A stretch of DNA of 64,000 nucleotides. It comes from a bacterium (GTDB lineage: Bacteria > UBA8248). Below are positions 45,191-57,845 of this stretch, piece by piece; within the stretch, counting starts at the first letter, position 1, and each line of letters begins with the position of its first letter. The position numbers and the translations under genes are program-made. A model generated the notes under the pieces. The model did no database searches. It saw only the letters and a list, made by a program, of their open reading frames with translations, and was not told the DNA's origin. The DNA lies in contig CBDBZY010000056.1 of assembly GCA_965213685.1 (NCBI GenBank), forward strand, positions 1-64,000, given 5' to 3'.

Positions 45191-46096
45191 AATATATATA
45201 GCTCATCTTAGGTGGGGTGTGAGAACTGATTAATCAAGTCACTGTGGTTCTTTTGTAAACACTGTCACTGTATTCCAAAGTAAACATGCATGAAGGCATT
45301 ATCAGTATGGTACAGACAAGTATGTTCTACTTCCAGGAAAGTGTTCTTCAGATCCAATATCTTCATAAAAACATTGCAGATCACTGTATGTTTTACCTCT
45401 TTCAACTTCTGTGTGAGTACCACTTAGAATATTTAATAGATGACTGTGAAATGCTATCAAGTTGTAAGTGTCCGAGACATAGTCTAGGACCAATGCCTAT
45501 AATACCATGGTAATAATTGTTTAGATGCCATACCTTGCATGACAAGTATTTATGAACGATACCAAGGCATGAGATATGAGCAGTAGTTTGGCATTAGATG
45601 AGAGTGATTCAGCTGAAGATGTGAAGGAGGAAACAGATACGCAGGATTCTTAGTGAAGCACCTGAAGCATGGAAAACATTCATAGTTGTGTGAGGGTTAC
45701 TGTACTTGCTTTGTCTGTGTGTGTCCGCTACCACTCCCGCGGCACACATCGCTTTTACGCTCTAGGAGGTATATACAGGCTTGTATAGATTTTATCTCAA
45801 ATTTCCTTGCGTTCAAGAGTTCAGGCATCGTTTGCCTACCGTGATTACTGCCGCGCTATTGCAGCGATCCATGGCTCTTTTTTCGACTATGTAAGCTTTT
45901 CCAGTTGCAGTGAAGCCAACGGTACGCTAAACTTGCGTAGAATGCTTGTCAGCATTGCCAAGTAGTGGCTAAACTGTGCTGCTCTACAGTTCAGTTTCCG
46001 TATTTGCTCGGAACTTCTACGTTCAATACACGCAGTTGTAAGTTTCTGTATACTTCGTTGTAATGCTCCGCTACGTGCACATGTGTAGAATACAGT

Positions 46097-46207
<111 letters not shown>

Positions 46208-46639
46208 GTACAGTTCAACTTAGTGCATTGCATGTAATCAAGTGTGTATGTAGCAGTTACATTTGTATCAACCTGTCAAGTAATTAATGCATTAAAGGGC
46301 AGGTCACAGTAATTGTCTTGTGTGATCAACATTGCATGTATGCAAGCATGAATGTAGTTTGTGACTTTTTACCAAATGGTTAACACAAAAAGCACTTGAA
46401 TCTGCATAAACCTTGCCCAGCTTATCAGAGAGTCTCTAAACTCATGTAGGGATGGTGCTGACACACCCATACTCTGTACACACTAATACAAAAGCCTCCT
46501 AAACCGTAAGGGTGGTCAGACATCATGAATATTAATGAGGCGGCTGGTTGCTATGGGATTATATTTCGGAAAGTATGCTAGCTATGAATGCTACGATTGC
46601 GCCATTATAATGTCTGCATGCACTACTGCTGATACACAA

Positions 46640-47996
46640 AGCTTCAGAACTCTTGCTAAAAGAGACCTTTTGGTGGCTGCATGGAAACAAAGTTAATGCC
46701 CATGGTTACAGGGAACTTGTGTGTACAGACTGCTAAGGAGATGTGTGGACATAATTTTATTGATTGTTGCCAGCTGCTCCTGCACCAGTGGGGAAGAGAG
46801 TGGAAAGGCACAGGAGAAGTAGCCTTCCGTAGTAAACTCATTGATGGGAGTTCCTCTGATGGATGGCCACAAGAGTGTTGTAGATGAAGTATCCACAAGT
46901 TGGCTGGATTTCCGCTGCTAAACTGAATGCCTCTTGCTCCATCATTGAATGGATAGCAACAGGACTGTGTAAGGTGGGATTTGTGGCAGTCAAGGTCATC
47001 TGCTGCTGGCTCGTCATTCTCTTCAGGCTGTCTAGTGCAACAGAGGCAAGATTTGAGAGATTGCCATCTTGTGGTAGTCGGGCATGTGCACTCTGATCGA
47101 TGCAACCATGGTTGGCATGATAGTACATGATGTGAGTTACCAACCACTGAAGAGCTACAGCCCTGCACACACAAAAGTCCTGATATGAGTGTTTGGCACC
47201 TTGCTTACTCACAACAAAGATGTGTAGCTCAGAGGATGTCTGAGGAAGTCAATGGGTAAATGATACCACATCTTGGGGCAGTAAGTAACACGCCCATCGT
47301 AGCCATACTGTCCTGGAGGCAACCTGTATATGGACACGATAGGTGCAATCAACATCTCTTCACCTCGCAGCATTAAACTGAAAGTGCATGAAGCAATACA
47401 TGAATATGTATATCAAATGTCAGTGTGGGTGTGTTCAGACTAAGACACACCTACATACTGTGGTATTAGACAGGAGTATGTAACATCCACTAGCCTGCAG
47501 CTGAGGAGGAACAGGGCCAGGATTCATGTTGTTTGCACCTTGGGAATTTGCTTGTCCTGTGTACAGTGTACACACACTCAGTGAAATTGGCTTTGACACT
47601 CATTCCGGGGAATCTCTCCAGACAAGTACTGCACTTGGAAACCTTACGTGCCACCAACCGTGCTTCTCTAGCTTTGGAAGTCGACTGGGCAGCACGATGA
47701 GCCCTAACGCGAATTCTCCGTCTTTCTAGTACGGCCGCTTGTCTAGCTTGAGTGGGCAGCATGACGAACCTTATCGCGAAGTCTCCGTCTCACTAGTCTC
47801 GCTGGAGACGAGGCCTGGTTGTAACAGGCAGCTGCCTAGCTCCCTCGCTCGCTCTCTTCCGGAGGCATGGCCTGGTTGAAAGGTGTAGTTCCTTCCGCCT
47901 AGCTGCAGTCCTCGATCTTCGGATGTGATCTAGCCGGCTTTACGTTTGCGCGTAGCGCGGGGGCACCCAGGGCCCAAAAGGACGTACGATATAAAA
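46640..47996 (-). pseudogene. Older, frameshifted Helitron/Helentron Rep N-terminal region; its 5' end is displaced to 51311-51390
   Basis: CSTCLERFPGM, NNMNPGPVPPQLQ, YRLPPGQYGY, KQGAKHSYQDFCVCRAVALQWL and WPSIRGTPINEFTTEGYFSCAFP. Colinear with 47997-49963 and extends further. Confidence 0.8.
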
Positions 47997-48635
47997 CTAG
48001 TGGAATGCGTAGCATTGTGGGCAAGCGGGAGCGACCCTGCCCCCAGTGGCAGAGTGTGCTGTGTGTAGCATAGAGAACATTAGAGTTATAGTATTTGAAT
48101 TATAGTATTGAGTTGTAGTTAGGAAAGGGTTAATGAGTTGGAAAACAGTTCTTGATGGTACAGCGACAGGGACAAATGACTGTGGCAGTTGGGCGTCACA
48201 CGATTCATCCTCTGCTGCTGCATCACTTGTCGCTTGGTGATCAGTGGTTGAAGTATCTGGTGAGAGGCTGGATTCAGTTACAGATGTAAAGGTGGCCATG
48301 TTCTCATCGTGTGGGAGCTGCTCTAGTGCATTGGTGTCGATGGTCACACCCAGTGCACGGTAGTACTGGTTGTTGGAGAGCAGCCATTGCAGTGCTCGGA
48401 GCACTACAGCTCGTCTGACCCGGAAGTCACGGTGGGTGTGGTTGGCTCCCTCCTTTCTCACAACTATGACATCCAGTTCACGTGGTAGCCTTGGTAAACT
48501 CTGGGCAAAGGTAGCCACATCTTGGGACAGGTTGATGACATGCCCACTGTATCCATACTGCCCCTGTGGGAGTCTGTACACTGACATGATGGGCATAACA
48601 GCAGAGATGAGCATCTCCTCCACCTGGGACAGCCC
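47997..48635 (-). CDS. Helentron protein exon 2: DUF6570-like domain, truncated before the HUH Rep and Pif1 helicase domains
   Basis: Acceptor TGTAG|GGG gives ELM|GLSQVEEMLISAVMP..GQYGYSGHVINL.QDV..LPR....FRVRRAVVLRALQWL..NN.YY. Homology is lost near 48145 and the frame runs on to a stop at the terminal CTAG. Confidence 0.8.
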   Translation of the reverse strand, partial: GLSQVEEMLISAVMPIMSVYRLPQGQYGYSGHVINLSQDVATFAQSLPRLPRELDVIVVRKEGANHTHRDFRVRRAVVLRALQWLLSNNQYYRALGVTIDTNALEQLPHDENMATFTSVTESSLSPDTSTTDHQATSDAAAEDESCDAQLPQSFVPVAVPSRTVFQLINPFLTTTQYYNSNTITLMFSMLHTAHSATGGRVAPACPQCYAFH

Positions 48636-48745
48636 CTACAGACACAATCAGATAAGAAATTTAATTTTGAGTGACCCAAAATGAGGTAAGTAGGGTGAAA
48701 AGATATTTGATAAGAGTGCATGACCTAAAAATAGTTACAGCTTAC

Positions 48746-49963
48746 CATCAGCTCCACTGGTACAGGTCCAGGATGCATGTTGTTCTCTGTAGAGAATGCC
48801 TTGGGGCTTTGCTGATCCCTGTTGCACCGAATGCACTCAGTTCCAGCTGGGGTGATCCTGATCGTCATGCCAGGAAACCTCTCCATGCATGTCACACATG
48901 TAGACACATGTAGGCCAGCCATTCCGGAGTGGAACTTGTTCATCTTCGAGTGAACAACTGGCTGGTGAAGGAGAGGCTGGACAGAGGAGAGGGATACGGC
49001 CCACTGCATGTGTCCCTCCCTGTCATGACAACGTCGTGTTTCAGTCTCTTGTTGAGTCTCTGAAGTAATGCGCTGTCGCTGGCAGGTTCTCAGTCGTTGT
49101 AGTCGAGCCTTTCTCTCCTCGGGGGTTTCTTTAGCCAGTCGTTGCTGCTGTTCAAGTCGTACCTGCTGCAGGCGGGCCTCTCTCTCCTCAGGGGTTTCTT
49201 CAGCCAGTCGTTGCTGCTGTTCAAGTCGTACCTGCTGCAGGCGAGCCTCTCTCTCCTCAGGGGTTTCTTCAGCCAGTCGTTGCTGCTGTTCAAGTCGTAC
49301 CTGCTGCAGGCGAGCCTCTCTCTCCTCGGGGGTTTCTTCAGCCAGTCGTTGCTGCTGTTCAAGTCGTACCTGCTGCAGGCGGGCCTCTCTCTCCTCGGGG
49401 GTTTCTTCAGCCAGTCGCTGCTGCTGTCTAAGTCGCACCTGCTGCAGGCGGGCCTCTCTCTCCTCGGGGGTTTCTTCAGCCAGTCGCTGCTGCTGTCTAA
49501 GTCGTACCTGCTGCAGGCGGGCCTCCCTTTCTTCGGACAGCTCTGACTGAGCTTGTCTCCGCTGGTAAGCGTGTCTCAATTCCTGCAGACGCGCCTGCCT
49601 CGCTTCGGTGGACTGGGCGGTACGTCTTGCTCTCTCTCGAGCTCGGCGTCTTGATAGACGCGTTTCCCTTTCTTCTGCACTCTCTGTAGCGAGACGTTCT
49701 CTCTCGCGAGCTCGGCGTCTTGATAGGCGCGTTTCCCTTTCTTCTGCACTCTCTGTGGCGAGATGTTCTCTCTCTCTAGCTCGGCGTCTTGATAGGCGCG
49801 TTTCCCTTTCTTCTGCACTCTCTGTAGCGAGATGTTCTTTCCTTCGAGCTCTGTCACGAGCTAATCGCCGCTCTCGAGCTTCCATGCGTTCAGAAGCAGG
49901 ATGCTGTTGGTCGTCGGCAGCAAACTTAATCCTGCTGGGCTTGGCTATAACTTGTAAGCACAT
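48746..49963 (-). CDS. Helentron protein exon 1: 23-aa STPR-like tandem repeats plus CxxC..CxxC Zn ribbon
   Basis: 69-bp repeats encoding ESAEERETRLSRRRARERERLAT and EETPEEREARLQQVRLEQQQRLA; CVTC...CIRC...FSTENNMHPGPVP; donor ATG|GTAAG at 48745. Start codon uncertain. Confidence 0.8.
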
Positions 49964-50138
49964 GAAGATGACGTAACCGAGCCGTCTTTACGTTTGCCCG
50001 TAGCGCGGGGGCCCGCGGAGGCCTAAAAGCAGTGCCGGTCCGTCGTATGAAATAAATAAATAAATAAATAAATATATAGAGGGGGGCTCCGTTTGCACGA
50101 CTAGGCTGGGGCTCGCTCCCGCTCGCCCAATTAACATA

Positions 50139-51310
50139 TCAGGGAGTCGGTAGACTCTCTATGTAGGGATGGCGCCGACACTCCCATAGTGCGCGTACAT
50201 AGGAAAGCCTTCTTAACTCGCGAATACTCGCGTTTTAAGCCTTTCTCGGCACGCGAATAGCCTATTCAACCGCTTCTCTACCCAACGATACCCCACAAGT
50301 AGCTAGAATGCATTTCTTGACTTACTGCCAGATAATGGACGAAAGGTGATTTTGTTTTCCTTTTTTATTCTTCTTCTTCTTACGAGATTTCTTTCAAACG
50401 ACTTTACTCGAAAGTGGCTGAAGTAATCACCATAGTTCTTTCACAGATCCACTGTAATCACTACGAAGTATGATCTGTGCTAACAAAATGTTAGTATCTT
50501 CTCTACTATGGGCAGAATCTAGAACCCCAGACAACTTTACCATATTTGGAAGCCATTTTCAAATAATTATTGTCACGTGGCGCAAATTGTAAGCACGTGA
50601 GGGCGGGGCTTGCAAAGCCACGCCTATTAATTTCTCGATGGCAAAGGTTTGTCACTGAAGAGAGCGCGTTCTTACTTCGCCGTACAATTGTACAACGAAC
50701 GTCAATGTAACTGGTATGAGTTAGCTAGTCAGATAGACTGAGGAAACTACTCTAGCTCAGGACTTTTTAGAGGGGCTCAGCCAGGCTCCCAACTTCGTAA
50801 GTGACAGAACACGAGGTTTACCCACTCGTATCTCCGCCGCTGACTAGTAGCAATGGCTGCTCTGATCACTGATATGTTTGTTGGATTTTGAATGAAACTT
50901 GCAAGATCATTTTGTGTACTATTGTACAAGAAAAAGTACACAAACAAGTATGAAAAACATTTTCCAAAAATGTAGAGGGATGTAGGGATGGCAGTGCCAA
51001 AAACCACAGAAACTAGGTGTAGAGATGGCAGTGTACAGGCAAGACAGGTTATAAAAAGACTACACAAGCAACCCCATCCCTACATCTTTCTTTTTTCTCA
51101 CCGCATGGTATTGATGTTCCCAGAATTGTCATAGCTAAACTCACAGAACAATTTCAAGGAAAAAGAAAGATGTAGGGATGGGGTTGCTTGTGTAGTCTTT
51201 TTATAACCTGTCTTGTCTGTACACTGCCATCTCTACACCTAGTTTCTGTGGTTTTTGGCACTGCCATCCCTACATCCCTCTACATTTTTAGAAAATGTTT
51301 TTCATACTTG
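50139..51310 (+). mobile_element. Full-length TC...CTTG foldback element
   Basis: A|TCAGGGAGTCGGTAGACTCTCT...CATACTTG|T; arms 50945-51095 and 51160-51310. Confidence 0.85.
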
Positions 51311-52315
51311 TAAATATATTAATATATAAAGAAACAGACAAGGGGCTATTGAGTTCAGATGAGTGGGCTCGCTTCCGCTCGCCCAATTAAATTATTCCAG
51401 TGTATCCAATGATACCCCCCAAGTTGCTAAAACGCATTGCTAGACCAACCAACGACACCAACTGAACCATCAGTTTCTTTAAAACATTTTTCAAACAGCA
51501 CTTCTCAAAACTGGTTGAAGAAATCACCATATGTTTTGCATAAATCTACTTTGGTCTATACGGAGTACAATCCTAGCAAGCACAACATTTGTACGCCTTT
51601 CTAAACTCTGGCAAACAGAAGTTAGGAGCCCCATACACTTCTTTACATTTAGAAGCCATTTCTAATACACTGTCACTTGGCACAGTTTAGTGCTGCCTGG
51701 AATTTTTTGGAGGGGTTCAATCCCCTCAACTAAAGAATGGGAGTGCCGACGCCCGCCCTTTCCACCATGCCCATGATATGTAGCAAAGGCTGTTGTGGTT
51801 GCTAATCTGTCTGAAAGTAACTTGTGAGAAGGATATCTCCCTTCAATGTGACTTGCAAAAAACACACAAATAAACAAAGAAGACTCTTTTCAAATATTTA
51901 AAGGGATGCAGGAAAGTCACTGTAGTTGATAGTGTTTAGACAGTGCTGGATTTCTCAGTTTCCTCAAAGCTGCAATCAGAAAGGTTTGATCTTTTTGTAA
52001 CAGCACTACACACAGAGATTTGAAGGGTCATCACATGCAACAACATCCTAACACCAATCCAACACAGTCTATACACAGCTAAGGATCACACTTTGAAAGT
52101 AAGATTACTGATTACTGACTGGATAGTAACCCAGAAGGGTCTCTCACTGCCATTATTTCGGTCAGGTGCATCATATGTACTTACAGTGCCATGATTTGTT
52201 ACTTATGGTACCTGTGTATACTGCCTTGGTGACCCCAATGAAAGTACTGTTGGGTATTCTGGTACAAACTAGGTGCCAATAGTAGTAGGATGCTGCATGG
52301 GCCTATGTAATTATA

Positions 52316-53456
52316 GAAACATTTTCAAAAAGTGTAGAGGGATGTAGGGATGGCAGTGCCAAAAACCACATGAACTAGATTTTACATTTATGGCAGTGTG
52401 CAAGAAAGACAGATCATAGAAAGTCTACACAAGTAACCCCATCCCTACATCTCTTTTCACTTTTTTTAAACTGTACAATGCTGTTCCCATTCATCTCATA
52501 GCAGAGCTCAGAAGGATGTCCTACTTGAAAAAACAATGTAGGGATGGGGTTTCTTGTGTAGTCTTTCTATGATCTATCTTGCTTACACTGCCATAAATGT
52601 ATACATCCCTCTACATTTTTGAATTAATACTTTTGTGCACTTTTTTGGTATCCTAATGAAGGATGTTGTTTTTACAAACGTCTATCAAATGCTAGCAAAC
52701 GAATCAGCAAACACCAAAGTTTTCTGCTACATATTAAGGGCAGGGAACAGAGCCCCTTCAAAAAGTCCCAGACTTGACTAATACTTGACTAACTTCCTCA
52801 CTGCATGTATGTAAACACCTGATTCATACAGGTAGCAGCATCAAGAGGCTTGCTACATGTTGCTATCCCAGCATTGCCTGAATACTGCCACAAGACTCTA
52901 CTGTGTTTCTTTACTCTTTGGTAGTGCGATTCCGACATCCTTTCTTATTTTATTAAAATCCTATATACACTTAGACTGTCAAAAGCATTGCGTAAAGTAG
53001 AAGTACGGCGGGCGTAGGGAATTACGTCACGCACATTGTCACGTGGTATAGTACAAGTGCAATGGCGTCCAACGTTTGTACAGTATTGGAAACTCCAGCT
53101 TCCACCGAGTCGAATCGCCACGGTACGAGCATTCTGGTAGTAAAAGGCACTGCCCACACAAGATTGAAAGGGATTGGTGCAAAAGCCACAGTGATAGCTT
53201 TAGCCAGTTTTGACGTAGGCCGTTTGAAATAATCTCTAGAAGACGAAGAAGAAGAAAATGAACAAATCTAAAGTTTAGCCGTTTTCTGGCAGTAAGTCTA
53301 GCGATGCATTTTAGCCACTTAGGGGGTATTGTTCGATAGAAAAACATCGGGCTAAATGCCCAGAAAGGTTTAGAATACGAGCGTTTGCAAGTTTCGTATG
53401 TACGTGCACTATGGGCGTGCGATGCCATCCCTACATAGAGTCTACCGACTCTCTGA
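52316..53456 (-). mobile_element. Older TC...CTTG family copy
   Basis: Arms 52316-52450 and 52535-52620; ends GAGTCTACCGACTCTCTGA|T. Confidence 0.75.
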
Positions 53457-54395
53457 TACGGCATTGTCTACTTGCAGAGTTGTACAGTTGTGCATAATGT
53501 ACTTCAAACTAAGAAAAGTATTGCTCTGCATGCACCAAAATAGTCACTTGTGTAATTGCAACCACGTACACACGTAACTGAGGTGCCAGATAAAGGAAGT
53601 GGGGTTAGTGTATCAGTAAAGTTGTGCATTAATCTCAAGCTGGTTTTGTAGCTTGGTGTACTATCAGAGTTCTGATTGTAGGGATGGTGCCAACATATTT
53701 CGATGGTCATATGCCCAATGATACCCTCCAAGTAGCTAAAATACGGCCAAACTTTTGATATGTTCATCTTTCTTCAAGCAACTTTCTCCTTTCTCCTGAA
53801 GCAGTCCTTGTAGTTTTTGCATAAATCCACTGCAATCATTGGTCATAGGTAAAATAAATCTTAGTACTGCATTTCCGTGAAGAGATGCCACCCTTGAACA
53901 AACACCAGCCCCATTTAGGTGCTGGGTGTATTAGGGGATGTGTAACAAATAAATACTGGGCCTTGAATAGACATCAGGTTGAGTACTAGCTGAGATATGG
54001 TTCATTTTTCTCACACATACATCGTGTGGTATTCCACACTAGCAAGACCTTGCATGTTCCGGTGGCACAGAAGAGATTGTTGATGTGTTCTTCAAGTGGT
54101 GTATGCCATAGAGACTGCTGAGAAGACAAAAAAGAAGCCCCTTAGCGTAGGTGGACAAGTACATGTCAATAATAAATGCTGGTCCCATATAAATGCCAGG
54201 TATGGAGTGCTGTGAAGGAATTAAACCCTTGGGTCTTTTTGAGGAAATACAGTACCTTCCAAAATCTACTGCACAAAATTTGGAAGCCCCTAATGCTACA
54301 CCACACTTGCAAAGTGGCTTATTATTACAAATTACTTAATTTGTTGAAAAATGTCAGTTATACATTGACACACACTTGTATATTTTGTCTTACAG

Positions 54396-54502
54396 GCCAC
54401 GGTTTCAAGCTGAGTCCTGTGGTGGGAAAAGTTATAGCTGAGCTGGTGATGGAAGAAAATCCCTCTTATGATTTGTCCCCTTTTAGATTGGATAGGTTCT
54501 AA
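54396..54502 (+). pseudogene. PIPOX: Duplicate PIPOX last exon (identical peptide) with no upstream exon found nearby
   Basis: Same acceptor and [34 protein letters not shown]. Flanking intron and UTR align with 4150-4660. No VSPDEDPVID exon was seen upstream. Confidence 0.75.
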
Positions 54503-55356
54503 TTTTCTGTAACCATTGACTTTTGTTCATCAAATGAGTACTATTAGGGTGTGTATTGATAATTGCAAGAGTTGTGTACAAGATTGAGTTGTGGATGGTA
54601 CACAAGCATCCTACACTTGACGATGCCAGATTACTGGTAAACCGCCATTGGCTGGATAACTGGGCAAAGTGCAACTAGGCAATTAAAACCCGTCCTACGA
54701 GTTCACGGAATCACGCCTTCTCGCTCCGCGATGCTAGAATCCTGGCTGCAACAGTTACCAGACGCAATATTTTTTGCGTAGTAGACTCTACGTATGCTCG
54801 CGAGATTAACATCCCTCCACACAATTTTTTTGGAAATGAATAATACTTGTATACGTATATGTAGCACTCAAAATTACGTGTGTATGCTTGACGTTTGTGG
54901 TTTTATACACATACGTAGTGAGGTTACGTTCCTAACTATAGACTGCAGAACAGACACTGAACTAGTAATGTCGTGTCCAACATCTATAATAGAAGCGACT
55001 GGTTGTGCTCATGAAAAGTTGCTGCATAGGGTGTTAAAAGAAATCTGGTTCATGAATACGTTACTTTATCAGGCATAGTTGTTAGACCAACGCGTATGTT
55101 AGACTCAGACTATCTAAGTCACGTTTCACATACGTCACTTACCAGGCATAGTTGTTAGACCAACGCGTATGTTAGACTCAGACCATGTAAGTCAACGTTT
55201 CCATCGTGACCCATGCATGCGTATTGACACGTAGATCTAGCGGTCAAGGTCATAATGGCACTACTGTAACAACGTTCTCGAGCTCGCGCAGTCTGGAGAT
55301 CTAGATCTCGTCCCCACCCCGTCACGTGCCCTAAAACATCAATACGCATATGCAAG

Positions 55357-55427
55357 ATGGAGGAAGTACAGAGTATTTGTTGGCATTCCCTCCTCGCTCT
55401 GTTGGTGGTGATGTTTGTAGGTGTAAT
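55357..55427 (+). CDS. Possible signal-peptide first exon
   Basis: AAGATGG start, MEEVQSICWHSLLALLVVMFVGV, then a GTAAGT donor; downstream exons not identified. Confidence 0.35.
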
Positions 55428-55794
55428 GTAAGTTACATGCACATCATTCTTTCACCAAGTACTCACTGTCCTATATCGTTAGAGACGTGTGTAACATAAT
55501 ATGTTACATGTCAGTGTTGGGATATGGCTGTGTGCAGGCAAGACATGGCATACTAAGACTACATAAGTAACTCCATCCATACTATACATGTATGTCTTTT
55601 ACAACTGTTTTTCCCTCACCTCATTGATAGTCTGTCTCACCCACACTCTGCTATATATCCCTAAACCTACTTTCAATGGCTTTTGACACTGCCATACCTA
55701 CATACGTACATCCCTCTACATTTTGGAGAATGTTTCTATACTGGTGTATATGTATGCCTTGTACGTTAAGTGACAGGAGGTTCTGGAAATGTAC

Positions 55795-55968
55795 AGATAG
55801 ACTTTAGCTACTTGGGAGATATCGCTGGGTAGAGAAATGCCTGAATGGGGTTGCTAAGTGCCTAGAAAGGCTTAGAACACTAGCATGGAGGAGTGAAGGC
55901 TATTGTATGTACACACATTATGGGCGTGTCAGCGCCATCCCTACATAGAGAGTCTACCGACTCTCTGA
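55795..55968 (-). repeat. 5' fragment of the TC...CTTG family
   Basis: Ends GCCATCCCTACATAGAGAGTCTACCGACTCTCTGA|T. Confidence 0.8.
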
Positions 55969-57781
55969 TATATACATGTACATTCCAGGCTGGAGCTGAG
56001 AGCTATAACATATTAGGCTCTGGTCAGAAGAGGTTGGACATGCATCACGTGTTGTAATGAATATCTTTAGAAAAGCAATTTTTTCAGAATCTTTTGGAAC
56101 CTGTGCACCTGCTCTGTGTGGCCGAGTGCAGTAGTGGCCAAGTGCGGTACTAGGTTCCATTGCTGTGCCATGAGCCAGGAGAAGCGTCACAGGGGAAGAC
56201 TCACTCCCACCAGACCCCTGACACACTGCAGTTTAGCTCAAAAGCTGTAATTGACTTCATCAATCTGCACAAAACAGTGTGTCTCCAGTTCCTTGCCACA
56301 TTCCTCACATAAATCAGTTCAAGAATCAGTTTCTGGAACACAAAGAGCAGCCATCTTTGTTGCCTCATTCCTAGGCTACCATCTCTCATAACGTAACTTG
56401 AGCACAACGTGCATGTTCTGGCAGACATGTTCACAAGTGAGCACATGCGCAGACTATAATGACATTCCAAAGTTACAGTTGCGTTAAAGTCCCTTCCGTG
56501 TTAGAGTCAAAAATCAGACTAAGGAGGGTAGAACTCGAGACTAGACAATCCAAAGAGGGAGAGGACAAAGGGGAAGATAGTGGGGATAAACAATATGCAC
56601 ATGTGCCATACACATCTCTTACCTTCTCTCTGCTTCTCTGATGCTCTCCTTCTGCATGTAATAACAGCCCATGGATTAACCTGTTTATAGACGGCAACCA
56701 CCCCTTGTTGCTAGGCAACCACCAGTTGACCATCAGCAGTTTTTCCAGTAAATCATTGTTCTGTAGATGAAAACTGTTGGATTTCATGATTATTGACCGG
56801 CATGTACATGTAGTACAGTACAGCACAATTTTCACAGACAGATTCACATGTAGTACAGTACAGCACAATTTTCACAGACAGATTCCTTTGAAGCCTAGCT
56901 ACAACGTCCACATATGCAAGGGGAGATCCCCTATTTACACAGTCAGATGTACAGATCATGAAAGTATGTGTATCTCCCCTACCAACGTACGTATCTTCAG
57001 TGTGCCCCATTTCCAGCAACCCCCTTTCTATACAGTTTGGCAGGTGTACAGATACTATTCATGAGGTACTTGTTACACTGGGAAGTAGGGGGAGGAACAG
57101 GCAAGGAAGTATTCACCACCAACCATCACAGACACTCACCACCAACCATCACAGACACATGATAGACACAACGGCTGATAATACCACAACTCCAAGTATT
57201 CATCTGAATCACCCCCCACACAACACACACCCCTTCTAAATCTGGTCATACATCTACAGGACCAGGACCCACCCACTATAGAACACACACATACTCCAAA
57301 CATGCATGCACATATGCGTAACTTGTCCGGGTGGCATAAACACAAAAACTGCATTCACAAAGGTGCTTGTCAGGTTGAAAAGGGGTTCTGAAGACACAAT
57401 GAGTTATGTACATAATGATGGTACATGTTTGATGAAAGAAAGTGTATGAAGCGTAGACAAACATTCATCTAGCTCTATCACTTAGATGTTTTCTAGACAA
57501 GCGAATAATAGAACATTCAATTACAGTTTCGGGAAAGGGTGGGGCACTACATGAGTCCATCACTCCCTCCCATCCTCTCTCCCTTCTCACCAAGAGCATA
57601 CATGACTATCTACTAGTTGCTAGAGCACCTCGTCCACCGTGAACGCTTTTGCACAGAGAGCTGACAACTGTCTTACAGTGGTGTGTAGCTTTTTAAACGT
57701 TGGATAGACATAAGAGGTCAGTGCCACCATGGCACTGAACTGACATGCAACTCTTCATCTTATGAAGTGATGCACACAACA

Positions 57782-57845
57782 GTCACCCAATGTGCAGGAC
57801 GCGCGTTTCGGCCATACCAGGCCTCATCAGCTGCGCTGGGGTGAC
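57782..57845 (-). ncRNA. Type I hammerhead ribozyme
   Basis: Minus strand GTCACCCCAGCGCAG-CTGATGA-GGCC-TGGTAT-GGCC-GAA-AC-GCGC-GT-C-CTGCACATTGGGTGAC: complete CUGAUGA/GAAA/GUC core, 4-bp stem II, minimal palindromic stem III and extended stem I. Confidence 0.88.

Larger units (their letters stand above)
47997..50134 (-). mobile_element. Internally deleted Helentron-type element with both termini
   Basis: 5' TTAATTGGGCGAGCGGGAGCGAGCCC followed by (TATT)n. Inverted subterminal copy at 48018-48037, hairpin AATGC-TAC-GCATT (48004-48016), terminal CTAG (47997-48000) followed by TTTT. Confidence 0.8.

Noticed and set aside
49068-49976. Cys/Arg/Ser-rich plus-strand ORFs
   Set aside because: Antisense shadows of the 69-bp repeats in the Helentron ORF.
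55954-56470. Minus-strand ORFs with scattered Cys
   Set aside because: No recognisable domain or consistent splice structure.
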